The notes beneath the pieces were generated by a model, which saw only the letters and a program-made list of their open reading frames with translations, searched no databases and was not told where the DNA came from. Of a stretch of 50,669 bases of DNA, positions 9,316-16,230 are shown one piece after another. This DNA is from a virus. The stretch lies in IMG/VR virus record IMGVR_UViG_3300028831_000214, positions 1-50,669 of that record. The stretch is one strand, 5' to 3'. The first letter of the stretch is position 1, and every line of letters starts with the position of its first letter. Made by a program: the position numbers and the translations under genes.

Positions 9316-9335
9316 GGGACGCTGTAGTCACACAC

Positions 9336-9419
9336 GGTAACACATGATTTCTCCCCTCCTGTACTTCATACGTGGTAACAAGGTACCACTTGATTTTCAC
9401 CCCTTCGTACTTCATACGT
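9336..9419. repeat. tandem imperfect direct repeat (38 + 46 nt) in the divergent control region
   Basis: Unit 1 is 9336-9373 and unit 2 is 9374-9419. Both begin GGTAACA, contain TGATTT, and end in the exact 13-mer GTACTTCATACGT (9361-9373 and 9407-9419). Confidence 0.8.
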
Positions 9420-9515
9420 AGCGGGCCCTTTCTGCTGCAAGATCCCCTGTAGAATATAGTTATAGAAAAACAAAAACAAATACAAAACAAAATAACAATT
9501 TCATATTACTACTAC

Positions 9516-9558
9516 TGATTCATTGTTCTTTGACAATCTAATATCTTCCGGATATGCA
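9516..9558 (+). promoter_or_regulatory. candidate early promoter(s) for the plus arm
   Basis: TTGACA at 9530-9535 with TATGCA 17 nt downstream. Alternatively TGATTC (9516-9521)-N17-TAATAT (9539-9544). Very AT-rich context. Confidence 0.4.
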
Positions 9559-9598
9559 TCTGCATCCAATCCATCTCTATCCAAAGGAGAATAGTCTC

Positions 9599-9787
9599 AT
9601 GATGCATAATCTTCGAATCCGTCAAGAGATAACTAACCGTTATACTCCAGGTTTCGGCTCGAAAAAACTTTCTGCAGAACTCATCGAACGTATGATCGAC
9701 GAAGAAGAACGTAGGATCATGAAGCGTCGAGTACTATGTAACGTATGCTGTACGTATAAGTCTACATCCGGATCTTGTTACTGCTGA
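9599..9787 (+). CDS. AT-rich small Cys-rich protein (C-terminus LCNVCCTYKSTSGSCYC)
   Basis: ATG 9599 lies 8 nt after AAGGAGA. 62 aa. Codon usage is visibly atypical (ata, cta, gta, aaa, gaa). CxxC...CxC looks like a zinc knuckle. Confidence 0.45.
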   Translation: MMHNLRIRQEITNRYTPGFGSKKLSAELIERMIDEEERRIMKRRVLCNVCCTYKSTSGSCYC

Positions 9788-9834
9788 GTACATAGTATAG
9801 TATATAGACCGTCTATATACTGTACGGTATACTC
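9786..9834 (+). terminator. AT-rich palindrome/hairpin (terminator or operator)
   Basis: Perfect core AGTATATAGAC-C-GTCTATATACT (9799-9821) with outer arms GAGTA (9786-9790) / TACTC (9830-9834). It begins at the stop codon of the Cys-rich ORF. Confidence 0.5.
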
Positions 9835-9863
9835 AGAGGGAGTATAACCAGAAGGGAACTACC

Positions 9864-10202
9864 ATGTCCGTCAAGCAGATCATCATCGCCGACATCGAGC
9901 TGGGCAGCCTGGTCGAGGGCATGCTGGAGACAGTCGGAGACTCGGACCACACGGCCTACCGCGTCGCGGTCCTGGTTAACGGCGTCTTCGAGACGGCCGG
10001 AGTCGAGAAGCGGATTCCGACGCAGATGGCGTATACCTACACGCGGAACGGCCTGATCGCGAAGGGCAAGAAGGGCAAGGCCTCCGAGATCCGGTACACG
10101 AACGACGAGGTTCGGGACTTCGTGGTCAAGTACTGCTCCAAGCATCTGCAGGAGTTCCTGACCGAGGTCGACGAGACCGAGGCCGAGAACGTCGAGGCCT
10201 GA
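9864..10202 (+). CDS. hypothetical protein
   Basis: 112-aa ORF with typical high-GC codon usage, followed by a hairpin. Confidence 0.65.
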   Translation: MSVKQIIIADIELGSLVEGMLETVGDSDHTAYRVAVLVNGVFETAGVEKRIPTQMAYTYTRNGLIAKGKKGKASEIRYTNDEVRDFVVKYCSKHLQEFLTEVDETEAENVEA

Positions 10203-10205
10203 CAA

Positions 10206-10241
10206 GGAAGGATGGAGGGCCTTCGGGTCCTCCTCCTTTCC
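10206..10241 (+). terminator. intrinsic-type hairpin
   Basis: GGAAGGATGGAGGGCC-TTCG-GGTCCTCCTCCTTTCC: a long GC stem with a TTCG loop, right after the stop at 10202. Confidence 0.65.
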
Positions 10242-10289
10242 ATGGAATCATAACACTGGGTTGTGGTTCTTTGGTTGGGAGGACTTATC

Positions 10290-10433
10290 ATGTCCGTACT
10301 CGTCGCTGCCTACATCGAGCAGTTGGCCGAAGGAATCGAGCCGCGTCCGGACTCGGAGGAGGCCAAGGCCTACCGGGCCTGGAGTTGGGCCTACGAGCAG
10401 ATGCGTCGGATCAAGATCGAGCTGGGCGCCTAG
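10290..10433 (+). CDS. hypothetical small protein (47 aa)
   Basis: Not in the ORF track (under 60 aa). ATG 10290 follows GGGAGGA. Translation MSVLVAAYIEQLAEGIEPRPDSEEAKAYRAWSWAYEQMRRIKIELGA looks protein-like. The longer overlapping track ORFs look like shadow ORFs. Confidence 0.45.
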   Translation: MSVLVAAYIEQLAEGIEPRPDSEEAKAYRAWSWAYEQMRRIKIELGA

Positions 10434-10934
10434 TCCGGACCGGGACGAGGAGTACGGGTCAGAACTCCACAGGCCATGGGTCTGCAGTCTGGTCTGGCTC
10501 GTACTCTTCCTTCGTTACTAAGTAACACTATAGGCATAATTAGCCTATAGTAGTTAGGAGTTAGATGCTTCGAGCAATCTAGACCTATACGGCAGCTTAT
10601 TATAGTAAGGGCGAGTATAACTAGTAACACATGACGCATACGTAACCAGTCTTATAGTATTATACCTAGTTTATCTAATCCATATAATAATCAAAGCCTA
10701 AGAGTGAGTAATAATTCTGAATCGGTAGTTCGGTTAGAATTCTCGCAAGGTTTGCGACCGGTATGAGCCGTGTTTACGCCGATCTTGCAGGTTCGCTAAA
10801 CGAGCTCCGAGATACGAGTTCGTAATGACCCTTGTTAGTTCGTAATCGGTAAACGGATGGAGTTGATACCTAATAAGAGTTCAGAGTATAATCATAACAA
10901 GCATGAGAACGTAATACGTAGATAAGGAGTAATA
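10434..10934. other. 500-nt AT-rich non-coding region (candidate origin/regulatory hub or ncRNA locus)
   Basis: No credible ORF. Example GC counts: 22 of 60 at 10501-10560 and 20 of 60 at 10621-10680. Contains hairpin CTATAGGC-ataatta-GCCTATAG, three TATAGTA copies and AGTTCGTAAT twice. Confidence 0.6.
10863..10892 (+). promoter_or_regulatory. sigma70-like promoter (TTGATA-N18-TATAAT)
   Basis: TTGATA at 10863-10868 and TATAAT at 10887-10892, 42 nt upstream of ATG 10935. Confidence 0.6.
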
Positions 10935-11291
10935 ATGATCGAACTGCTGTTCGTGACGTTCGCGGACCGCAAGCGTCCAGGGCTGACGTACAAGATCAGC
11001 TTCGAGGACCAGACCGCGTACGACAAGTGGGTCCTGGAACACTCGTGGTTCGTCGAGAGCCGCGAGGCCGTGTTCCACGACGAGGCGGAAGCTAACACGG
11101 CGACCGTAAACCTGTCGGACAACTTCATGACCATCAAGTACTCCTTGACCTGGGGTCAGGTACTGCAGATGCTGCAGTCGGCGACGGAGATGCCGTACTA
11201 CCCTGACAAGCCTGGGCGGCCGGAGGCGAGGGTCCTGGTCTGTAACACGAGCCGGGAGCGTCGCCTATGGAAGATGCCGAAGGTCTGGTAG
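10935..11291 (+). CDS. hypothetical protein
   Basis: 118-aa ORF, with TAAGGAG RBS 5 nt upstream. Confidence 0.65.
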   Translation: MIELLFVTFADRKRPGLTYKISFEDQTAYDKWVLEHSWFVESREAVFHDEAEANTATVNLSDNFMTIKYSLTWGQVLQMLQSATEMPYYPDKPGRPEARVLVCNTSRERRLWKMPKVW

Positions 11292-11319
11292 GGACATAAT
11301 TTTTCTTAGGGCTGTCGCC

Positions 11320-11350
11320 TTGCAAAGGCATACGGGGTCTGAGATAAAAT
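11320..11350 (+). promoter_or_regulatory. candidate promoter (TTGCAA ... GATAAAAT)
   Basis: TTGCAA at 11320-11325, and an A/T-rich -10-like GATAAAAT at 11343-11350. Confidence 0.35.
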
Positions 11351-11380
11351 TAAGTCAGCAGCAAAGAATGGGAGGACAAA

Positions 11381-11752
11381 GTGTCCGACAAGTCGAAGGA
11401 AGCGCAGCAGCGCCGCCTAGAACAGCTCATGAAGCGCTGGCGGCGCGCTGACTCGACGCAGCGGCGTCAGTCGGTCGATCAGATTCCGGCGAAGAAGAAG
11501 TCGAAGCCGCTGCCCTACAAGATGCAAAACACGTTCGAGAAGTCGGTACAGGGCATGCCGGGCGGGAAGAGCATCGTCAAGCAGATCGCGGCGCCGAAGA
11601 CGGGTTGCCGTGTTCGAAAAGATGACATCGGGCTTCTTAAGTCGGCTCGCAACGCGAACACGACGAGCGGGAGCTACAACCGGACGATTGTCAAGGACGA
11701 GACCGGGTGGCCGGTCTGCGACATGCAAGGACGGAAGGTGTTCGGGCGATGA
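11381..11752 (+). CDS. hypothetical basic protein
   Basis: GTG start after GGGAGGA. 123 aa, Lys/Arg-rich. Its RBS plus first codons share an 18-mer with the gene at 12407. Confidence 0.6.
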   Translation: MSDKSKEAQQRRLEQLMKRWRRADSTQRRQSVDQIPAKKKSKPLPYKMQNTFEKSVQGMPGGKSIVKQIAAPKTGCRVRKDDIGLLKSARNANTTSGSYNRTIVKDETGWPVCDMQGRKVFGR

Positions 11753-11937
11753 ACTGGGCAGACGTTCGACAGGCGTACAAGGCGGTTAACGGCGAAGAGG
11801 CGGCCAAGTCGGTCGATTCGGGCCTGTACGCCAAGGCAGCCAAGTACGGTAACCTGAACGGTTACGAGAAGGACGACGCCGACGTTCTGATCGCGCTGGA
11901 CGTTCTGCGAATGGACCAGTCAGGAGACCTGGACTGA
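11749..11937 (+). CDS. hypothetical protein (62 aa)
   Basis: ATGA overlap with the upstream stop. Start moved to 11749 from the track start 11707. Confidence 0.5.
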   Translation: MNWADVRQAYKAVNGEEAAKSVDSGLYAKAAKYGNLNGYEKDDADVLIALDVLRMDQSGDLD

Positions 11938-12125
11938 TGCGGTACTGGCTGATTCGACTGCTGCTCGGACGTCAAACGCGCCTGGTCGCAGTGCTGGCGC
12001 TGAGGCAGTACCAGGACGTGGTACACGAGTGCCTGAAGGACAAGGCGCTGTGTCCAGTGGAGAGGCTCGCATTCGAGGTCGACTGCTACCGTACCGACGA
12101 ACTGATCAGGGGGCTGGACCGATGA
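11937..12125 (+). CDS. hypothetical protein (62 aa)
   Basis: TGATG coupling to the upstream gene. Confidence 0.45.
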   Translation: MRYWLIRLLLGRQTRLVAVLALRQYQDVVHECLKDKALCPVERLAFEVDCYRTDELIRGLDR

Positions 12126-12298
12126 AGTTCGAGTTGCGACCGAGTACGGTACTGGACGAGTGCTACGAGATGCTCGACGAGACCGGCGACGTTCTCCTCT
12201 ACCTGGGTAAGGACGAAGTCGGCGCACTGATGACGTCGCTCGGCGGAACCGAGGAAGGCCAGGAGTTCCTGGAGGACTGGGCCGGCGGACCGACGTAG
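12122..12298 (+). CDS. hypothetical acidic protein (58 aa)
   Basis: ATGA coupling. Start moved to 12122. Confidence 0.45.
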   Translation: MKFELRPSTVLDECYEMLDETGDVLLYLGKDEVGALMTSLGGTEEGQEFLEDWAGGPT

Positions 12299-12307
12299 AG
12301 CTTCCAT

Positions 12308-12390
12308 ACGCCACACGAGCCGCGGATTGGAATGTATCGATTCAGTGAGTGCGTGTGGCGTTTGGTGGCTGTGCGAGGGCGCAGTTAAAC
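12308..12390 (+). promoter_or_regulatory. bipartite motif site: hairpin plus GCGTGTGGcGTT-N21-GTTAAACA
   Basis: ACGCCACACG (12308-12317) pairs with CGTGTGGCGT (12352-12361). GCGTGTGG is at 12351-12358 and TTAAAC at 12385-12390, exactly 26 nt apart. Confidence 0.55.
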
Positions 12391-12406
12391 AAGGTTGGAG
12401 GACAAA

Positions 12407-12643
12407 GTGTCCGATGAGAAGTACCGCGAGGTTCGCTCCGAGTTCGTTAAGGGAAACATCACGCGGGCCGAGTACTTCCGGTACCTGGCCGAGCTGAGCG
12501 CCGGCAAGAAGGACCTGGTGCGTGCGCTGATGGAGTCGATGGGTAAGGACATCGACCTGAACGTGTACTTCGACCAGGGCTACAAGAACGATGAGGTCGT
12601 GGACGCCTACGTGGCGGAGATGCTGAAGGTGGTAGGGCTGTGA
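12407..12643 (+). CDS. hypothetical protein (78 aa)
   Basis: GTG 12407 preferred over the TTG 12395 track start (GGAGGACAAAGTG, as for the gene at 11381). Confidence 0.55.
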   Translation: MSDEKYREVRSEFVKGNITRAEYFRYLAELSAGKKDLVRALMESMGKDIDLNVYFDQGYKNDEVVDAYVAEMLKVVGL

Positions 12644-13089
12644 ACGAGCGGTTCGAGGAACTGATGAAGTGCTTCCGCAAGCCGCCGGGAGGGATGCGCT
12701 GCTACATCTCGAACGACGGAACCGAAGAGGGCTGGCACGAGATGCACCAGAACGGCGACTCGATGACCATCGGCGGCATGACGATTCCGCTGCACACCGA
12801 CTTCGTCGTCTGCGAGGAGCACCAGCCAAAGAAGCACGACTACGTCGGCGAACCGAACTTCGATCAGTGCGACGAGTGCGGCGGACCGGTCGACGCGGTC
12901 TGGCACGCCGGATACGATCCGAAGGTTGACTACGCCCAGAAGCTGGTCGACGAGGGTATCGCAAGGCGTACCGACAACGGGATCACGCTCGGGGAAGTGA
13001 GCATGTTCTCGGATCCGCTTCAGCCTGAGCACGGGCACGAAACGCCGACGGAGATCGTGGGCGACATCCGCAAGCGGGCCGGCCTGTAG
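12640..13089 (+). CDS. hypothetical protein with a CDECGG Cys motif
   Basis: 149-aa ORF. GTGA overlap with the upstream gene. Confidence 0.6.
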   Translation: MNERFEELMKCFRKPPGGMRCYISNDGTEEGWHEMHQNGDSMTIGGMTIPLHTDFVVCEEHQPKKHDYVGEPNFDQCDECGGPVDAVWHAGYDPKVDYAQKLVDEGIARRTDNGITLGEVSMFSDPLQPEHGHETPTEIVGDIRKRAGL

Positions 13090-13095
13090 GTTCTG

Positions 13096-13120
13096 GGATC
13101 GACGTCAAGTACGTCGATCC
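13096..13120 (+). terminator. perfect 10-bp hairpin
   Basis: GGATCGACGT-caagt-ACGTCGATCC, directly after the stop at 13089. Confidence 0.65.
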
Positions 13121-13141
13121 TGGTGTCTAGAGGAGGTGATC

Positions 13142-13471
13142 GTGAACATTCGTGAAGCTCGTCTGACAAGGACTCCTGAGGAGTTCGTGCGACACAAGCA
13201 CCAGATCGAGATCGAAACACGGCTTGGAGTTAGCTGGCAGAGGTTCAGGCCGAACTGCACCTGCGGGAAGCTACGTTCGAAGTGGCAACCTACGGAGCAG
13301 GACGCAGAAGGAATCGGGCGCACGCACATCAAGCGTGCCATTCGCAAGGAGGAACAGTTCCGTGAGCAACAAGACCAAGCTGCAGGAGTTGGGTCGGGAG
13401 ATGGCGAACATCTGCCTCGGCGGACAGCCGGGGGAGAAGGTCGTGGAGACGATCAGCGGGATCAGTGCTGA
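13142..13471 (+). CDS. hypothetical protein (3' end uncertain)
   Basis: GTG 13142 lies 5 nt after AGGAGG. The last ~35 codons overlap the next gene out of frame and look like shadow sequence. Confidence 0.45.
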   Translation: MNIREARLTRTPEEFVRHKHQIEIETRLGVSWQRFRPNCTCGKLRSKWQPTEQDAEGIGRTHIKRAIRKEEQFREQQDQAAGVGSGDGEHLPRRTAGGEGRGDDQRDQC

Positions 13472-13646
13472 GCTGACGCGGGTCGCGATGGTCGAGTCGG
13501 GTGTTCGCATGGAGGAGCTGACCGACGAGAACATGGAGGACTCGCCGATCGTGCGCCTCTACTACGCGCACCTGGCGATCGCGTGGTCGAAGGTGCTGAC
13601 GGAGGCGGCCGACCTGCAGACGTACTTCAAGTCGCTGGAGGCGTAG
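13362..13646 (+). CDS. hypothetical protein (94 aa)
   Basis: GTG 13362 follows AAGGAGGAACAG. The upstream part of track ORF 13224 is Arg/Ser-rich shadow. Confidence 0.55.
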   Translation: MSNKTKLQELGREMANICLGGQPGEKVVETISGISAELTRVAMVESGVRMEELTDENMEDSPIVRLYYAHLAIAWSKVLTEAADLQTYFKSLEA

Positions 13647-13647
13647 C

Positions 13648-13734
13648 ATGGAGTTCGTGCTACTGTACATCGTGTTGCCGTTCGCGGCGGGTGCCATCAT
13701 CGGACTCATCTTCGCCCTCGCTGCGAGGAGGTAG
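13648..13734 (+). CDS. 28-aa hydrophobic peptide (MEFVLLYIVLPFAAGAIIGLIFALAARR)
   Basis: Not in the track. ATG lies 2 nt after the upstream stop, and its own stop lies 2 nt before the next ATG. Single TM. Confidence 0.35.
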   Translation: MEFVLLYIVLPFAAGAIIGLIFALAARR

Positions 13735-13736
13735 AC

Positions 13737-14084
13737 ATGCCGAACGGCATTCGCGATCCGAAGGAAGGCAACAACGCAACGTCGCGTCGGATCGCACAGG
13801 CGGTCGACAACCGTGACTGGCAGAAGTTCCGTGTCAGCCTGAAAGGGATCTCGACGCGGGACAAGCTGACCAAGCTGTTGGAGTACCACAACGACGAGCT
13901 CAAGAAGCTGGGCGCGCTGATGGCTACGGAGCAGATCAGCGATCGCGACGTGCTTCGCCAGGTCGACGACATCAAGATCCGCATCGACAACTACCTCAAG
14001 GCGCTGGCGCGAGGTGGTCTGATCGATGTCAGTCGCAACTACATGCTGGACCTGATCGAGGGAAGGACGATGATCAGAAGATGA
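13737..14084 (+). CDS. hypothetical protein
   Basis: 115-aa ORF, with GAGGAGG RBS. Confidence 0.65.
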   Translation: MPNGIRDPKEGNNATSRRIAQAVDNRDWQKFRVSLKGISTRDKLTKLLEYHNDELKKLGALMATEQISDRDVLRQVDDIKIRIDNYLKALARGGLIDVSRNYMLDLIEGRTMIRR

Positions 14085-14860
14085 GACGCCTGTACAAGAT
14101 CGAGGTCGCTGCCATCGACGGTAGCGACGGCCTCGTCAACTTCGAGGGTTCGCTCAGCCGGATGGTCGGAGAGAACCGTCCTGGGCGAACGTTCTGGTCG
14201 GTCGTGCAGACCGAAGACGAGCCGCTCGGCGATCCGCTCGCCGTGACACGGCAACAGGATCCTCGCTCGAAGGCCATCGAAGACCAGATCGACAAGATGA
14301 CCAAGGGTGCGGAGGCAACGCATCGGCTCAGCATGGGCGGACGTATCGCCATCGCGGGTCAGGGTGGTCGACACGAGGTGTACTCGTGCATCCTGAAGGC
14401 CGACAGGCGAGACGTTCCGGAAGACGGAACGCATGAGGTCTTCAACATCGAGGCCCACCACGACTCGCACACGGGCCAGATCGTCGTCACGGTCAACGGA
14501 CCGTGGCTCGACTCGGCCGACAGGTACTGGGTACCGATGGCCAAGAGCACGGAGCTGCGTAGGATCGTCACGCCGGACTGGGTTCACCGCACCGTCTCGC
14601 CGGACGATCCCAAGGCGGTCGCGTCCGGGGGAGGCGGTCACGGTGGCGCCGAGTTCCGCTTCAAGATCGACAAGGAGACTGCGGACCGGTTCAAGGCCGC
14701 CGGTCTGACAGTGATCAGCTGGGACAGCTCGGACGACCAGTTCGTCGTCGTCACCAAGAACTGCTGGTACCAGGGAGTCATCCCGCCGAAGCATCGTCAC
14801 CTGTTCAAGGTGAACGCGGAGATGGTCAAGGGCTTCAACCCGGGAAGGTACGACATCTGA
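14081..14860 (+). CDS. hypothetical protein
   Basis: 259-aa ORF, ATGA coupling. No motif recognised. Confidence 0.7.
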   Translation: MRRLYKIEVAAIDGSDGLVNFEGSLSRMVGENRPGRTFWSVVQTEDEPLGDPLAVTRQQDPRSKAIEDQIDKMTKGAEATHRLSMGGRIAIAGQGGRHEVYSCILKADRRDVPEDGTHEVFNIEAHHDSHTGQIVVTVNGPWLDSADRYWVPMAKSTELRRIVTPDWVHRTVSPDDPKAVASGGGGHGGAEFRFKIDKETADRFKAAGLTVISWDSSDDQFVVVTKNCWYQGVIPPKHRHLFKVNAEMVKGFNPGRYDI

Positions 14861-15078
14861 TGCGATGCATGCTCTGCGGGGCAGAGGTTCCCGAGTTGCG
14901 GCTGATCGAGTCCATCTTCACGGACTTCGATCCCAAGGAGGTTTCGGAGCTGGTGGGCAAGGAGACCACCGCCGAGACCGGCGCGGACACGCTGTCGGTC
15001 TGCCCCGGCGAGTGCGCTGACACGATCCGCAAGAACAGCGACGTGATCATCCGAGACGAGCCCTTCAAAAGATCTTGA
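14860..15078 (+). CDS. hypothetical small Cys-containing protein
   Basis: 72-aa ORF, TGATG coupling. CxxC at the N-terminus and CPGEC later. Confidence 0.55.
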   Translation: MRCMLCGAEVPELRLIESIFTDFDPKEVSELVGKETTAETGADTLSVCPGECADTIRKNSDVIIRDEPFKRS

Positions 15079-15088
15079 AGGGTGGTGC

Positions 15089-15118
15089 TTGAAAAGTCCT
15101 TGAGTACCCTTGTATAAT
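15089..15118 (+). promoter_or_regulatory. strong consensus promoter P1 (TTGAAA-N18-TATAAT)
   Basis: TTGAAA at 15089-15094 and TATAAT at 15113-15118, followed by TAAA as in the promoter at 17467. Confidence 0.65.
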
Positions 15119-15189
15119 TAAATCAAGCCAGAATTTTGGCTAGGCAAGGAGGGCAGTAATCATGTGTGATACTGACAAGTGAATAGGTA

Positions 15190-15271
15190 GCCCTCGTGAG
15201 TTCGTCAGGGAGAATCCTCCAAGCGGTAAGCCCGTAGGAGCGGTAGGCAGGTTCGAGTCCTGTCGAGGGTA
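15190..15271 (+). ncRNA. tRNA-like element (acceptor + D-arm + T-arm, non-canonical anticodon arm)
   Basis: 7-bp acceptor GCCCTCG/CGAGGGT. D-stem GTTC/GAAT with loop GTCAGGGA. T-arm GCAGG-TTCGAGT-CCTGT. The central arm is 4+3 bp with a 5-nt loop, so no 7-nt anticodon loop can be drawn. Confidence 0.35.
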
Positions 15272-15293
15272 CGTAGTAAGGAGGGAGGTTTAC

Positions 15294-16055
15294 ATGGGAG
15301 AAATGGCAGAGCACGACGCCGAGATGTACGGATCGGAGTTCCAGGATCCGAAGCTCCAGTACTTGTACTGGGCCAAGCGCAAGTTCGACAGCAGTCCGCG
15401 ACTGAACTACATGGTCGCTCACAAGCACCCAGAGTTCGGTGTCCTCACTCGGGAGTGGGTCGACATCCTGATCGCACAGCGCGAACAGGCGATCGGGCGT
15501 ATCCAGCGACTCGACGACCCGAACGAGCTGATCGGTCAGCGGGTCACCGTCAGCCTGAATGGCTTCGAGACAGTCAGGAACTACGCACAAGCCGACATCG
15601 ACTTCACGATGGCGGTGTACAACAAGCTCTTCGGAGAGATCAAGGAGAAGAACGTGAGCTGGAATGTCGATGCACTGCGTCGCGAGGCGCGTCGGCTGCT
15701 CGAGGACGCCGACAAGGCCGAGGGCGTGCCGCAGGACGACATGTTCAAGGACGGTCAGGTCCTGACCTTCGCCAAGAAGTTCCAGGAGGGCGGTCGGAGC
15801 TACACCTACGTCGCCATCAAGGTCGCCGCCGTCCGCGTCGGCGAGTTCTGGTTCACCACCGCGCAGCGGTCGGGCGGTCTCAGCGGCCGGCTCAGCTGGC
15901 AGGCGCTGCTCGAGGGCATCGGCCTCGAGAACCTGCACACCATCGAGGTCCTCGACATGGAGACGGCGATGCCGCTCAAGGAGTGGGTCAAGGGCGTGCA
16001 GGAGGTCGTCGAGCAGGACGACGTGAACAGCAGGCCGGCCGGTGCCGACCAGTAG
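15294..16055 (+). CDS. hypothetical protein
   Basis: 253-aa ORF, with AAGGAGGGAGG RBS. The alternative-frame 282-aa ORF (15455-16303) is Arg/Gly-rich shadow. Confidence 0.7.
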   Translation: MGEMAEHDAEMYGSEFQDPKLQYLYWAKRKFDSSPRLNYMVAHKHPEFGVLTREWVDILIAQREQAIGRIQRLDDPNELIGQRVTVSLNGFETVRNYAQADIDFTMAVYNKLFGEIKEKNVSWNVDALRREARRLLEDADKAEGVPQDDMFKDGQVLTFAKKFQEGGRSYTYVAIKVAAVRVGEFWFTTAQRSGGLSGRLSWQALLEGIGLENLHTIEVLDMETAMPLKEWVKGVQEVVEQDDVNSRPAGADQ

Positions 16056-16230
16056 GGACGAGGACAGACTCCTCACGCCGGGCGAGGTCGCTGCGCTGTT
16101 CCGCGTCGACCCGAAGACCGTCACCCGCTGGGCAGCCGCCGGCAGGATCGGCAGCATCCGTACGCCTGGCGGCCACCGCCGCTTCCGCGAATCCGAGATC
16201 CGACTCTTCCTGGAGACCCCGCAGCCATGA
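16042..16230 (+). CDS. BldC-like MerR/excisionase-family DNA-binding protein
   Basis: 62 aa. LLTPGEVAALFRVDPKTVTRWAAAGRIGSIRTPGGHRRFRESEIRLFL closely parallels Streptomyces BldC (LLTPAEVATMFRVDPKTVTRWAKAGKLTSIRTLGGHRRYREAEVRALL, recalled from memory). Confidence 0.8.
   Translation: MPTSRDEDRLLTPGEVAALFRVDPKTVTRWAAAGRIGSIRTPGGHRRFRESEIRLFLETPQP

Noticed and set aside
10434-10934. CRISPR array or mini-array in the AT-rich repeat-containing block
   Set aside because: The repeats are only 7-10 nt and irregularly spaced, with no regular repeat-spacer periodicity and no cas genes.
12086-12964. 292-aa minus-strand ORF across several small plus-strand genes
   Set aside because: Extremely Arg/Ser/Pro-rich. 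It crosses four tightly coupled plus-strand genes and an intergenic hairpin. Shadow ORF.
15190-15271. attP core / integration into a host tRNA gene, or a functional tRNA
   Set aside because: No integrase, excision or immunity genes were found anywhere in the genome, and no canonical 7-nt anticodon loop can be drawn. It is kept only as a tRNA-like element.
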